Under the pieces are notes generated by a model. It had not been told where the DNA came from and did not search any database. It was given only the letters and a program-made list of their open reading frames with translations. A stretch of 24,000 nt of DNA, taken from positions 22,683-46,682 of the forward strand of contig CAKUXD010000012.1 of assembly GCA_934699705.1 (NCBI GenBank), given 5' to 3'. Source of the DNA: an uncultured Candidatus Melainabacteria bacterium. GTDB taxonomy: Bacteria; Cyanobacteriota; Vampirovibrionia; Gastranaerophilales; Gastranaerophilaceae. The position numbers and the translations under genes are program-made. Shown here in pieces: positions 1-9,800 of this stretch; the stretch's first letter is position 1; every line of letters starts with the position of its first letter.

Positions 1-60
1 GAACCAATAAAGCATTATTGGGATACAGGTGTTATCGCAAGAGAAGGAATTGAGTATTAA
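1..60 (+). CDS. 3' end of an unidentified gene entering from the left edge (19 codons + TAA)
   Basis: Frame 1 open from nt 1 to TAA at 58-60 (EPIKHYWDTGVIAREGIEY*). Too short to assign. Overlaps the stop of the convergent gene by 4 nt. Confidence 0.2.
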   Translation, partial: EPIKHYWDTGVIAREGIEY

Positions 61-1328
61 AGCGTTTTTATCATATCAATAATTTCTTTTACAGAATTTG
101 AATTTTGTACGATAAAGAAATTTTGATGTGTTTTCTTTCTTACATAATCAAGTGTTTTTCCGTCTAGGAACACTTCTGAGAAGGCTTTGAGCATTATTGA
201 TGGAATAATTGTAATATCAGCTTTTTTGTCTTTTATTGAATTAATTAAATCGTCGCTTGTTATTAACCCTGCAACTGTGATGTTATTACCCCAATAAGTT
301 GATTTTACTGGAACACATTCGCAAGTTAAGTTTTTCACGTTTTGATTAAGTTTTTCGCAAACTTTTTTAATTGCATATTCTGCTGCGTATGAAGTCGCAA
401 ATGTTATTTTTGTTTCTTTTTTGATTGATTTTGGAAGTTTTAGTTTTTCAAATTCATCAAGTAAAAGTCTTAAAGTCCCAACGCCATCGCTTAATTGAGA
501 GAAGTTTCCATAATATTCTGTTGGCGGAATTTCTTCTCCAGCAAGTAAAAAGAATTCATCAGAACAACAAACTCCTTTGTATTTTGAAGCAATTTTTAAA
601 GTTTCTTTTGCAATCGTTTCATCAACTTGTTTAAGCATATTATCATTTCTAAATTGAGTTAATCCAACTGGCACAATTGCCGTTGATAAAACAGCATTCT
701 TTAAGGATTTTAAATCTTTTAATGTTCGGTCTAATTCTGCGCCATCATTAAAGTCTGGGCAAAGTACGATTTGACAATGAAATGGAATTTCTTGTTTCTT
801 TAACCATTTTAAGTTGTCCATAATTTTTCCTGCATTAGGATTTCTAAGCATTTTAACGCGAAGTTCAGGGTTAGTTGTATGTACAGAAACATATAAAGGC
901 CCTAGATGCATTCTTGCTATGCGGTTTTTGTCTTCTTCTTTTAAGTTTGTAAGCGTTACATACGTTCCTTGTAAATAAGAAAGCCTGTAATCATCGTCCT
1001 TGATGTATAAAGTATCTCTTAATCCTTTTGGTTGTTGGTCAACAAAACAAAAAATACATTTATTTAAACAAGGTTTAATTTTGTCAAAAACAGCTGATTC
1101 GAAAATTATACCTAAAGGTTCGTCAAAATCTTTTTCAATTTCTATATCTTCAAGTTCTCCGTTTAATTTTTTTACAGAAAGAGTTAAAAATTCTGTTTTG
1201 CAGTAAAAATTGTAATCTATCAGGTCGGTTAATTTGCAACCATCAATTGAAAGAATTTCATCGCCTGCTTCAAGTTCTATTTCGTCAGCAATTGAGTCTA
1301 GTTCAACATCACTAATTATTGCGGGCAT
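57..1328 (-). CDS. DUF512-type radical SAM protein with N-terminal PDZ-like domain
   Basis: ORF 57..1349. CxxxCxxC motif (KPCLNKCIFCF), an N-terminal PDZ-like segment (AGDEILSIDG) and a conserved C-terminal region are typical of the DUF512/TIGR03279-like family. Start placed at ATG 1328 (MPAIIS..) because GGAG (1336-1339, minus strand) sits 7 nt upstream; the track start at 1349 is a TTG with no SD. Confidence 0.8.
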   Translation of the reverse strand: MPAIISDVELDSIADEIELEAGDEILSIDGCKLTDLIDYNFYCKTEFLTLSVKKLNGELEDIEIEKDFDEPLGIIFESAVFDKIKPCLNKCIFCFVDQQPKGLRDTLYIKDDDYRLSYLQGTYVTLTNLKEEDKNRIARMHLGPLYVSVHTTNPELRVKMLRNPNAGKIMDNLKWLKKQEIPFHCQIVLCPDFNDGAELDRTLKDLKSLKNAVLSTAIVPVGLTQFRNDNMLKQVDETIAKETLKIASKYKGVCCSDEFFLLAGEEIPPTEYYGNFSQLSDGVGTLRLLLDEFEKLKLPKSIKKETKITFATSYAAEYAIKKVCEKLNQNVKNLTCECVPVKSTYWGNNITVAGLITSDDLINSIKDKKADITIIPSIMLKAFSEVFLDGKTLDYVRKKTHQNFFIVQNSNSVKEIIDMIKTL

Positions 1329-1842
1329 TTTCTTTCTCCAAGTTTTCAATTAGTGAAATAAAATTTTGATATTCACATAAAGTATTATCTAAAATAACTC
1401 TTTGATAGAACGTAAGAGGTGTATATTCGTCATTAAGAGTGTTTTCCGCTGAAAATTTATGTTCCATAGCACGAAGTTTTAAGTTTGCAAAAAGTTTTTC
1501 ACACTCATCTTGTGATAAAAAAGAGGCACAAGCTATTTTTATTCTTGCATTTGAGAAAAATTGTATTGGATTTTCAGATAAATTTTCTAACAACATTTTT
1601 TTTAGCTCTTGTAAGCCATCATTTGTTATTGAATAAAATCCAGATTGTTTGCCACCTTCGGACATTGCACGACGTGAACGAATAAAACCATCTGCCTCAA
1701 GTCTTTTAAGCGCAGGTTTTATTGCGCCAAAACTAGGTTTTGTGTAGGCAGAAAAAGAGTCTAAAATGGCTTTTTGTATGCCATACATAGTTAATTCTCT
1801 TTTTATTAATAAAAATAAGATTAATTGTTCTAACATACACAT
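1312..1842 (-). CDS. PadR-family transcriptional regulator
   Basis: N-terminal winged-helix pattern LILFLLIKRELTMYGIQKAI...GAIKPALKRLEADGFI...YSITNDGLQEL is typical of PadR. Stop TAG at 1312-1314 lies 13 nt before the DUF512 start, so the two are a likely operon. Start could be ATG 1842 or 1836. Confidence 0.75.
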   Translation of the reverse strand: MCMLEQLILFLLIKRELTMYGIQKAILDSFSAYTKPSFGAIKPALKRLEADGFIRSRRAMSEGGKQSGFYSITNDGLQELKKMLLENLSENPIQFFSNARIKIACASFLSQDECEKLFANLKLRAMEHKFSAENTLNDEYTPLTFYQRVILDNTLCEYQNFISLIENLEKENARNN

Positions 1843-1915
1843 ATTTTAGCATAAAAATTTGGAGAAAATTTTTTTTAGATTATAATAATTATGTACTTAT
1901 AAATAGTAGGATTTT

Positions 1916-2644
1916 ATGGAAACCTTAATAAATTTAGAAAATATAAATGAAATTGTAAAAGAAACTAATCTAAAGCACATTGCAATTATTATGGACGGCA
2001 ACAGACGCTGGGCAAAATTGAAAAATTTGCCGTCTGCAATGGGACATAAAAAAGGTGTTGATGCGCTAAAAGAAACGCTTAAAGCGTGTGATGATTTTGG
2101 AGTAAAATATTTAACAGTTTATGCTTTTTCAACTGAAAATTGGAAACGCAAACAAGAAGAAGTTGATTTTTTAATGGATTTATTTTGTAAAACCCTGAAA
2201 AATGAAACTTTAGAAATGCATCAAAAAAATGTTGTTATAAGTTTTATCGGAGATACTTCAAAATTATCTCCAAAGTTGCAAGAAATTTTACGCGAATCAA
2301 CTGAATTAACGAAGGACAACACAGGTGTTCATTTGCAAATTGCATTTAACTATGGTTCGCGAGATGAAATTGTTCATGCGGTTAAAAACATTGTTAAAAA
2401 AGGTGTTTCAGCTGATGAAATTACAGAAGATTTAATTTCATCTGAATTATATACTGCAAATACTCCAAATCCTGATTTGCTGATTAGAACAGGTGGAGAG
2501 ATGAGAATTTCAAATTATTTGTTATGGCAAATTGCTTACTCAGAATTTTATGTTACTCAACAATTTTGGCCAGAATTTGGAAAAAATGCTTTGGCTGAAG
2601 CGATTATTGAATTTAAAAATCGACAAAGACGTTTTGGAGTTTAG
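1916..2644 (+). CDS. uppS: Undecaprenyl-diphosphate synthase (cis-isoprenyl transferase)
   Basis: Hallmark motifs HIAIIMDGNRRWA, YLTVYAFSTENWKR, RTGGEMRISNYLLWQIAYSEFY. Full length 242 aa. Confidence 0.95.
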   Translation: METLINLENINEIVKETNLKHIAIIMDGNRRWAKLKNLPSAMGHKKGVDALKETLKACDDFGVKYLTVYAFSTENWKRKQEEVDFLMDLFCKTLKNETLEMHQKNVVISFIGDTSKLSPKLQEILRESTELTKDNTGVHLQIAFNYGSRDEIVHAVKNIVKKGVSADEITEDLISSELYTANTPNPDLLIRTGGEMRISNYLLWQIAYSEFYVTQQFWPEFGKNALAEAIIEFKNRQRRFGV

Positions 2645-2646
2645 AA

Positions 2647-3219
2647 ATGAAAATTGTTTTTGCAACTGCAAATCCTCATAAATTACAAGAAGTAAATGCG
2701 ATTTGTGAAGGAGCAGGTTTAGAATTTATCTTACCCGCAGATGGATTTAATCCGATTGAAAATGGTAATACTTTCGAAGAAAATTCATTAATTAAGGCAA
2801 AAGAAGCCTTCAGAGTGTCAAAAACTTATGCCCTGGCCGATGATTCAGGTCTTTGTGTTGAAGCGTTAAATGGAGCGCCTGGACTTTATTCTGCCAGATA
2901 TGCAGGTTCTCAAGATGAAAAAATTGAAAAAATCCTTGCGGAATTAGAAGGTGAAGAAAACAGAAAAGCAAAATTTGTTTGTTGTATGACACTTTTGAAT
3001 GAAAAAGGTGAAATGATTTTTCAAACGACTGGTGAGTGCCATGGTTCTATTGTTGAAAAGAGAAAAGGGGTTAATGGCTTTGGTTATGACCCAGTATTTT
3101 TAGTGAATGGTTACGATAAAACAATGGCTGAATTATCAGAAAATGAAAAAAATAAAATTTCACACAGAGCTAATGCTTTGGCAAAAGTTTTAGATTTTAT
3201 AAAAAAAGATTTAATATAA
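2647..3219 (+). CDS. rdgB: RdgB/HAM1-family non-canonical purine NTP pyrophosphatase
   Basis: MKIVFATANPHKLQE.., ADDSGLCVEALNGAPGLYSARY, GFGYDPVF, SHRANAL motifs. Starts 2 nt after the uppS stop. Confidence 0.9.
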   Translation: MKIVFATANPHKLQEVNAICEGAGLEFILPADGFNPIENGNTFEENSLIKAKEAFRVSKTYALADDSGLCVEALNGAPGLYSARYAGSQDEKIEKILAELEGEENRKAKFVCCMTLLNEKGEMIFQTTGECHGSIVEKRKGVNGFGYDPVFLVNGYDKTMAELSENEKNKISHRANALAKVLDFIKKDLI

Positions 3220-3292
3220 CGTAAAATCTAATGATTTAAAAAAATGTTAATAATATAATATTTATATAAGAGATTTATGAAAGGATTTTTCA

Positions 3293-4303
3293 ATGATTAA
3301 TAGTGAAGTGTATCAACAATTGGAAAGAGAAATTAATCCAACACATGATATAAAACTTTTTGCTGGCCGTTCAAACCCAAAATTAGCACAAGAAGTTGCA
3401 GAGGCTTTGGGTACATCTATTGGGCCTATGGTTATTAAAGATTTTGCTGATGGTGAAATTTATGTACAGGTAAAAGACAGCGTAAGAGGCGATGATGTAT
3501 TTATTATTCAACCTCTTTGCAAACCTGTTAATCAAAATTTGATGGAATTATTGATTATTATTGATGCATTTAAACGTGCAAGCGCAAAATCAATAACTGC
3601 AGTTATTCCATATTACGGTTATGCAAGACAAGATAGAAAAACTTCTGGTAGAGAAGCAATTACTGCAAAATTGGTTGCGGATTTATTGACAACAGCTGGT
3701 TGTAACAGAGTTTTGGCGGTAGATTTACACTCTGGTCAAATTCAAGGCTTCTTTAATATATTGGTTGATCATATTTTTGCAACATCAATTTTAGTAAATC
3801 ATATTAAAAAATTAGGTTTAAACCCTGATGATATGGTTGCAGTCAGCCCTGATACGGGTGGAGTTCAAAGAGCAAGACACTTTGCAAAAGATTTAAGTTG
3901 CTCTCTTGCAATTATTGACAAACGTCGTGATAAACATAATGAAGCTATCGCAAATTGTGTAATTGGTGATGTTAAAGATAAAATTTGTATTATGTTTGAT
4001 GATATTATTGATACAGCAGGTTCAATCACAGAAGCAGCTAAATTGTTGAAAAAAGAAGGAGCAAGAGATATTTATGTTTGCGCTATTCACCCTGTATTCT
4101 CAGGTCCAGCTATTCAAAGATTGGAAGAAGCTCCTATTAAAGAAGTTATTGTAACTAATACAATTCCTCTTGATACAGAAAAACTTCCTGCAAAAATTAA
4201 ACAACTTTCAGTTGCAAACTTGTTAGGTCAAGCTATTTCTCGTATTCACGATGATGAATCTATAAGTTCTTTATTCGGTTTTGAAAAAGAAATGAAGGTT
4301 TAA
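3293..4303 (+). CDS. prs: Ribose-phosphate pyrophosphokinase (PRPP synthetase)
   Basis: FADGEIYVQ, YYGYARQDRK, DLHSGQIQGFF and the PRPP-binding loop MFDDIIDTAGS. AAAGGA sits 7 nt upstream of the ATG. Confidence 0.95.
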   Translation: MINSEVYQQLEREINPTHDIKLFAGRSNPKLAQEVAEALGTSIGPMVIKDFADGEIYVQVKDSVRGDDVFIIQPLCKPVNQNLMELLIIIDAFKRASAKSITAVIPYYGYARQDRKTSGREAITAKLVADLLTTAGCNRVLAVDLHSGQIQGFFNILVDHIFATSILVNHIKKLGLNPDDMVAVSPDTGGVQRARHFAKDLSCSLAIIDKRRDKHNEAIANCVIGDVKDKICIMFDDIIDTAGSITEAAKLLKKEGARDIYVCAIHPVFSGPAIQRLEEAPIKEVIVTNTIPLDTEKLPAKIKQLSVANLLGQAISRIHDDESISSLFGFEKEMKV

Positions 4304-4315
4304 TAATTAGATTTT

Positions 4316-4353
4316 AAAAAGGCGCGAGTGATTTATCACTCGCGCCTTTTTTT
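4316..4353. terminator. Bidirectional Rho-independent terminator between convergent prs and the alpha/beta-fold gene
   Basis: Perfect GC-rich inverted repeat GGCGCGAGTGAT (4321-4332) / ATCACTCGCGCC (4335-4346), flanked by an A-run upstream and a T7 run downstream. Confidence 0.85.
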
Positions 4354-4364
4354 GTTTATTTGTC

Positions 4365-5162
4365 TTAGTTTTGGTTTTTAAAATATTGAATTGTCCAGTT
4401 TAAAATTGTATCAAGAATTTCAGGGTGTTGCTTTAATAGCAACATTCCGCCACTTCCAGACTCAACATTACAAACATCAAAAGTACCTTGTGCAAATTTT
4501 ACAAGTTTTTCTTGTTCTTTTATTGCATAAACATCTGTTTTACTTGCAAGTGCAAGAATTGGAGTTGTGCCAATTTCAGTTAAAGCAACAGGAATGTATA
4601 AACTTTTAAACGTCATAGATGGAGATAATAAAACCAACGCTTTTGGCTTAACTTGTAGTTTTTTTGCAACTAAAACAGCTGTATTTGCGCCAATATCTCC
4701 GCCAATGATTGCGTAATTATTAAAGTTAGCCTTCTTTGTTTCCTTTTCAATTGATTTAATTATTGCAATTATGTCGTCAGGGTATTTTGCAAAAGTGTCG
4801 TTTTTGTAACTTCTCCAAGAACGCTGGTGGAAGGTTTTACTGTAAACACTTTTTCCATGACCTCTTAAATCAACTCTTAATACTGCAAATCCTTTTTTGT
4901 TAAATTTTTGTTGTAAAGGAATCCAATAAGAACTATTGTAACCAATTGAATGCAACATTATTATTGTAGGATACCCTTTTTGTTTTGTCTTTGGATAACT
5001 CAAATAAGATTTTATGATTTGGTTATCAGATGTTAAGGTTGAAAATTCTCTTTCAGTATAAGGCTTTTTAGGCTTTTTGGCTTGTTCTGCTTTAACTGAT
5101 AAAACATTTAGCATCATTGTTACAAAAACTATTGTCAAAAATAAAATTAAATTTTTTTTCAT
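4365..5162 (-). CDS. Secreted alpha/beta-hydrolase-fold protein with non-canonical catalytic positions
   Basis: Signal-peptide-like N-terminus (KKNLILFLTIVFVTMMLNVLSVKAEQ). Alpha/beta-fold landmarks IIMLHSIGY, DLRGHGKS, IIGGDIGANTAV, PILALASKTD. Start moved to the second ATG (5162) because AAGGA is 8 nt upstream of it and only 2 nt from the first ATG (5168). Confidence 0.7.
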   Translation of the reverse strand: MKKNLILFLTIVFVTMMLNVLSVKAEQAKKPKKPYTEREFSTLTSDNQIIKSYLSYPKTKQKGYPTIIMLHSIGYNSSYWIPLQQKFNKKGFAVLRVDLRGHGKSVYSKTFHQRSWRSYKNDTFAKYPDDIIAIIKSIEKETKKANFNNYAIIGGDIGANTAVLVAKKLQVKPKALVLLSPSMTFKSLYIPVALTEIGTTPILALASKTDVYAIKEQEKLVKFAQGTFDVCNVESGSGGMLLLKQHPEILDTILNWTIQYFKNQN

Positions 5163-5297
5163 TTGCATATTCCTTTTTTACATATTTTATTATAATATTA
5201 ATTATGAAATATTACAAATGTTACAATTTTTCTTAAAATTGAAATTTGTGATATTGTAAATTGTTATTATAAGTAAGATTATAATTAGAGGGTTATT

Positions 5298-6209
5298 ATG
5301 GCAAACATAGCAATTGATACAAATATATATGCTTTGCAACGTAAGTTGAATATTACATCTGCTCGTATGATGCAATATACTGATAAAACTGTTGATGAAA
5401 TTATCGAAGCAGAAGCGGCTCAGGGTAATAGACAAGCGGTTGAATTTGCTAAAAAATTAGAGTCAGACCCTCAAGAACTTATAAAAACTTATAAGTTAGA
5501 TGATCCTGGAAATAAATTTAATATTTTATCACAAGTTCCACCTCAACAGATGGAAAAATTATTGGTTTTTCTTGAAGATGAAGATTTGAGATTAGGCTTA
5601 AATTTCTTTTCTCAAGAAAAATTGTTGAAATTAATGGAAGAAATGGCACCAATTGAAGAAGTTGTAAATGCGGCTTTATTATGTTTCCCATTAAAAGATA
5701 TTATGGAAATGATGCCAGATAAAGAGTTAAACAAATTTATTGTTAATAGAGATTTAGATGAAAAATTTTTGACGGATAATCTTGCGAAAATGCCACCAGA
5801 AGTAATTGCGGCAATGATAGAAACTGCAACTGGCGAGCCTGTTTTGGAAGAAAAACCGCAAATGTTAATGAAAATGCTTAAAGATTTAGATGATGATACT
5901 TATAAAGAAGCTCTAATTGCAATGAATTCTGACGCAAAAAGAGTTATGGTTATGAATATGTATCAGCAAGATGAGGAAGTAATGCAATTGTTCCCAGCAG
6001 GTGCTTATACAGATATGTTAGCAATATTGCAAAAACCAGATATGATGGTATGCGTTAATGCGTTGCAAAATGAAACTTTGGTTAATATGAACGCAGAATT
6101 GCCACCTGAGTTAATGTCAATTGTTCTTACTCAAATGGATTCAAAAGACTTTGCTAAAATTCTTATTGAGAAATATCCTGATTTGTTGAGTCAGATAGTT
6201 GCTGCGTAG
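5298..6209 (+). CDS. Hypothetical acidic helical-repeat protein, loosely MgtE-N/FliG-like
   Basis: 303-aa ORF with GAGGG 5 nt upstream of the ATG. Recurring approx. 30-50-aa helical motif of type L..MPPE....L (SQVPPQQMEKLL, MEMMPDKELNKFI, LAKMPPEVIAAMI, AELPPELMSIVL). No family assignment possible by eye. Confidence 0.55.
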   Translation: MANIAIDTNIYALQRKLNITSARMMQYTDKTVDEIIEAEAAQGNRQAVEFAKKLESDPQELIKTYKLDDPGNKFNILSQVPPQQMEKLLVFLEDEDLRLGLNFFSQEKLLKLMEEMAPIEEVVNAALLCFPLKDIMEMMPDKELNKFIVNRDLDEKFLTDNLAKMPPEVIAAMIETATGEPVLEEKPQMLMKMLKDLDDDTYKEALIAMNSDAKRVMVMNMYQQDEEVMQLFPAGAYTDMLAILQKPDMMVCVNALQNETLVNMNAELPPELMSIVLTQMDSKDFAKILIEKYPDLLSQIVAA

Positions 6210-6744
6210 ATTGTACGTAATTTTTGTTAAGAAAGTCTATCAAAAATTCTAATGCCACTTGAGTAAAGAGGAATTTTATCATTCTTCTGCTATGGCAAGG
6301 ATTGACTTCAAATTTTCGAACTTGCTCGTCGCATTTATTTTTGATTGCAACATAAATATGACCAACAGATTTACCCGTTTCTGGTATCGTTGGTCCAGCA
6401 ACGCCTGTTGTTGATATTGCTATATCACAACCAGTTTTTCTAAATAAACCATTTGCCATTGCAAGCGCGCATTCTTCGCTTACTGCACCATATTTTTCAA
6501 AAATATTTTTATCTACACCTAAAAGTTCAGTTTTAGCCTCGTTTGCGTAAGTTACAAAGTTTGCAACTGTAAATGACGAACTTCCTGCGATGTCTGTAAG
6601 TCTTGAACTAAGAAGCCCGCCAGTACAAGATTCGGCTGTTGCGATTTTTATTGAATAATTAAATAAAATTCTGGCTATTTTTTGTTCGGTTTTTGTGCTA
6701 AATTGATTTTTTATATAATTTATATTTTCTAAAAATTTATTCAT
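6163..6744 (-). CDS. CinA-family protein / nicotinamide-nucleotide amidohydrolase (PncC-like domain)
   Basis: IATAESCTGGLLSSRLTDIAGSS, AISTTGVAGP and HIYVAI motifs of the CinA C-terminal (PncC) domain. The approx. 30-aa C-terminal tail overlaps the convergent 5298..6209 gene by 47 nt. Confidence 0.85.
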   Translation of the reverse strand: MNKFLENINYIKNQFSTKTEQKIARILFNYSIKIATAESCTGGLLSSRLTDIAGSSSFTVANFVTYANEAKTELLGVDKNIFEKYGAVSEECALAMANGLFRKTGCDIAISTTGVAGPTIPETGKSVGHIYVAIKNKCDEQVRKFEVNPCHSRRMIKFLFTQVALEFLIDFLNKNYVQSTQQLSDSTNQDISQ

Positions 6745-6750
6745 AGTATT

Positions 6751-6779
6751 AATTTATAGTGATTATGATGTTTTGTCAA
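6751..6779 (-). promoter_or_regulatory. Candidate sigma70-type promoter for the cinA-like gene, possibly giving a leaderless mRNA
   Basis: Minus strand reads TTGACA (6779-6774), 17 nt, TAAATT (6756-6751), 6 nt, ATG (6744). No Shine-Dalgarno between them. Sequence-only prediction. Confidence 0.3.
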
Positions 6780-6783
6780 GAAC

Positions 6784-6815
6784 AAAAAAGCGTACTGAAA
6801 AAGTACGCTTTTTAT
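6784..6815 (-). terminator. Rho-independent terminator downstream of the GH13 gene
   Basis: AGCGTACT (6789-6796) / AGTACGCT (6802-6809) stem with a 5-nt loop. On the minus strand it is followed by a T6 run. Lies between the GH13 stop (6837) and the cinA start (6744). Confidence 0.8.
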
Positions 6816-6836
6816 GTATTTAATTTATATGTTTAT

Positions 6837-9800
6837 TTATTTTGCCAATAACTCTAACTTTGAACCTGTTTCAGCTTTTGATACAGTTTTGTATGGATTA
6901 GTTGCAAAGTTATATTGTGGGTTGTACATAACTCTTGTTTTTTCTGTTTTTTCAGGCACAGAATATAAAATTAATGTACTATCATACATATCAACTCGGT
7001 TGTCATCTCTGTATTTGCCAGTTGACATTACGTATCTATAATCTTCTTCGTTGTTGAAACGTTTAATAAAGTAATTACCTTTGTCCTCGCAAACTTTATA
7101 AAGGGATTTATCTCTATTGTCTGCGTTTTTGAAGGTTGTGCCTACTTTTAAACCGCCTCTTAAACCAACTTTGTCATTATTTGTTGTGTGTAAAGATATA
7201 CTATCTAATTTAACGTGCGTTGGGTGATATTCTGCTTCTTTATCAAGATTTACGTTATTTGCGTTAAATAAAGTTACTGCCATAGCACCGTCTGCTGATT
7301 GTCTAAGAATTGCAGAAACAGGTTTACCAGTTTGAACATCTTTGTGTAAATCTAATGTAAATGGCGCGCCATCATTAAGAGCTTTTAATTCTGGTCTATC
7401 TCGAAGTGCCATAGTTTCGTTCATTTTATTGTAGAAATCTTGAACGAATTGTTTATTTTTATCGTTTAGCCAATCCCAACGAACTGCATTACGGTTTTGA
7501 ATATAAACGTTTTTAGCTTTTTCTTCGTAGCCTGTCATACCTAATTCATCACCTGCATACATTGTTGGATTTCCGGGTAAACTTACCAAAAATCCCATCA
7601 TTGCTTGGAATTTCGTCATTGACGGTTTTAAGATTGTTTCAAAAGTTGCGTTGAATAATTTTGATTTTTCTTCTTTTGAAATATTTAGACCATGTTTTGC
7701 TTCAGCTTGTTTAATTACATATTTGATAGTTGTATCAAAAGGTTTAGTTCCAAATGCGTCAGCTGAAAATTCTTTGTCCATGTATTTACCAGAAGCTAAA
7801 TCTGCAATTGATTTACTTATAGCAGAGAAGGCTTCGTCTTTTTTCTGACCATAAAATACTTGACCTAATGCCTTTCCAAATCCGCCTTTAACTGCATCTG
7901 CCATAGCAATAGCCTTGTTGCTTACTTTGTTAAAATCAATGCTGTTGATATCAGCGTCTGTAACTTGATTATACATTTTATCTTTCAAAATTGCAGTTGC
8001 AATTTTTTTGTGGTTGTAATTGTCAGCAAAATTCGTGTGGAATAGTTCCATATCTAATGATAAACAGTGTAACATACGAGGTTTATCGTGATTACCTACG
8101 AATGTGTATGAGTAAAGGATTGAATCCAATGGTGCTGAATTTAAGTAATTGTCAGAACCTACCATTTTATCAAAAATCTTGCGTTCTCTGCCATTTGCAT
8201 CAAGAGTTACGCCAGTTGTAATATCTTTATTGAAGATATTTGCAACATCTGTGAAGAAATAAGAATAGTTCGCAATACTTGTCATTCCAGCTTCTTGATG
8301 TAATTTCATAACAGCATCTTTTGCAGTTGAAAATTTACCAGAATTATCGTGCAAAGCAAATTCATCTGTAACTTCTGCTACCATATATGCGTTTTTGTTT
8401 TCACCGATAACACCTTTTGAGAAATTTCTCCAAAAGTCGATTACACTTGACCATTCATCTTTAAAATTTGCGTTACCATTTCTTAAAGCGTCCATATCAG
8501 CAATATCCTTGGCTGCGTCAATTCTCCAGTCAAGACCTGCATTATTTCTGTCAACTATCATTTCTGCAAGTGCAAAACTGTTTTCGTTTAAGCCTTCAAG
8601 ACGTTTAGTTACTGCTGATGTTATTGCGTCTTTATCTTTTAATGAAATGTTTTTAATACCTGATTTTAAGCGTTTAATTACTAAATTTGCTTCATCTTCA
8701 GGTGAATCAGCTAAAATATTCATTGAAGCAAGTGTTGTTTCTTCTTTCAATTTATTGTAATCATAAGAAACTGTGCCATCTTCGTTCATTTTTGCTTGTG
8801 AATTTGGTGCTACTGCTTTAACTAACGCAAATTTTGCAATATCTTGGTTAACAAGAGGTAAAACATATTTGCCAAGTTTTGACACTTTATCGCCATCAAA
8901 TAATTTACCACCTAAATTTTTATTTACTTTTTGCATAACATCATTTGTAAATCTGAATAAATCTTCAGTAAATAATGTATCTGCTTTTTTATAAATATCT
9001 TTGTTTTCCGCCGTAACTTGTGGATTACCAGCTTTAAACATTTCATAACGACTCATGCCAATTTGATCTGCTTTCGTTGCACGATTTGTTATGAACGAAG
9101 AACTTAAAACGGCAGAAGTATCATCTGCGAATTCAATAGAGTCAAGTGGTAATGACATAATTGATTGAAGTGTTAATTCTTTGTAGTTATCTGTCAATTT
9201 TGTTGTTTTTGACTCGTAATCGCCTTTTATAACATTTTTCACAATATTTTCGTTGATATCATTGTTTGCAGGAAGTTCGCCTTTTTGAGTTAGCGCTTGA
9301 ATTTGAGCCATTGCTTTTTTAGGGTCAGAACTTACATTTTTTAATTCTTGAGCTACGTATTCATTTAAAATATCATTTGTCTTTCTTGTCCAGTATTTAC
9401 CAGAGTTTACAACGTAATCTTGAGCTTCAAAGTTTTTAGCCTTGATTAATTGTGTTTGATATTCTCTTTCGTGTCTTGGTAAGTTTTCTAAACGTTTTGT
9501 ATCAGCATGAGAAAATACGAAGTTTAATTTTGCAATATCTGTGTTTGCGTCCCATGTTTCAAAACCATTTTCAAACTTATCTTCTAAAACGTAAGATTCT
9601 GATTGAGTCAAGAATTTTGCTGCTAAAGGTTGATCTAGCATAATTTTCTTGTCTGCATTTTTGTTATATGCGTTTAAGTTTTTAACGTTTTTGTTGTATG
9701 TTTCAGGATTAATTTCAAACGAATAAGGTACAACTGTATCGTTATGATTGTTGATATCATAAGTGTTGCCTGTGTCTAGTTTATCGTAAGATTTGATAAG

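Noticed and set aside
425-1685. Short + strand ORFs 425..634, 1000..1206, 1439..1636 and 1485..1685
   Set aside because: Antisense to the DUF512 and PadR coding frames, with no translation signals. Shadow ORFs.
5200-5290. TTACAA / TTGTAA-type partial inverted repeats in the divergent promoter region between the alpha/beta-fold gene and the 303-aa gene
   Set aside because: The arms match only over about 7 nt and the region is nearly pure A/T, so this cannot be distinguished from low-complexity background.
6163-6209. 47-nt convergent overlap between the 303-aa gene and the cinA-like gene
   Set aside because: Most simply explained by the cinA frame running on until the first stop in AT-rich antisense sequence; the last approx. 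30 aa are not CinA-like. There is no evidence of functional significance.
8395-8760. 121-aa + strand ORF, together with other + strand ORFs (6814..7041, 7651..7848, 7991..8221, 8773..8994, 9452..9643), inside the GH13 gene
   Set aside because: All lie antisense within a long, well-supported GH13 reading frame. They have low-complexity S/F/L-rich translations and no SD, so they are shadow ORFs.
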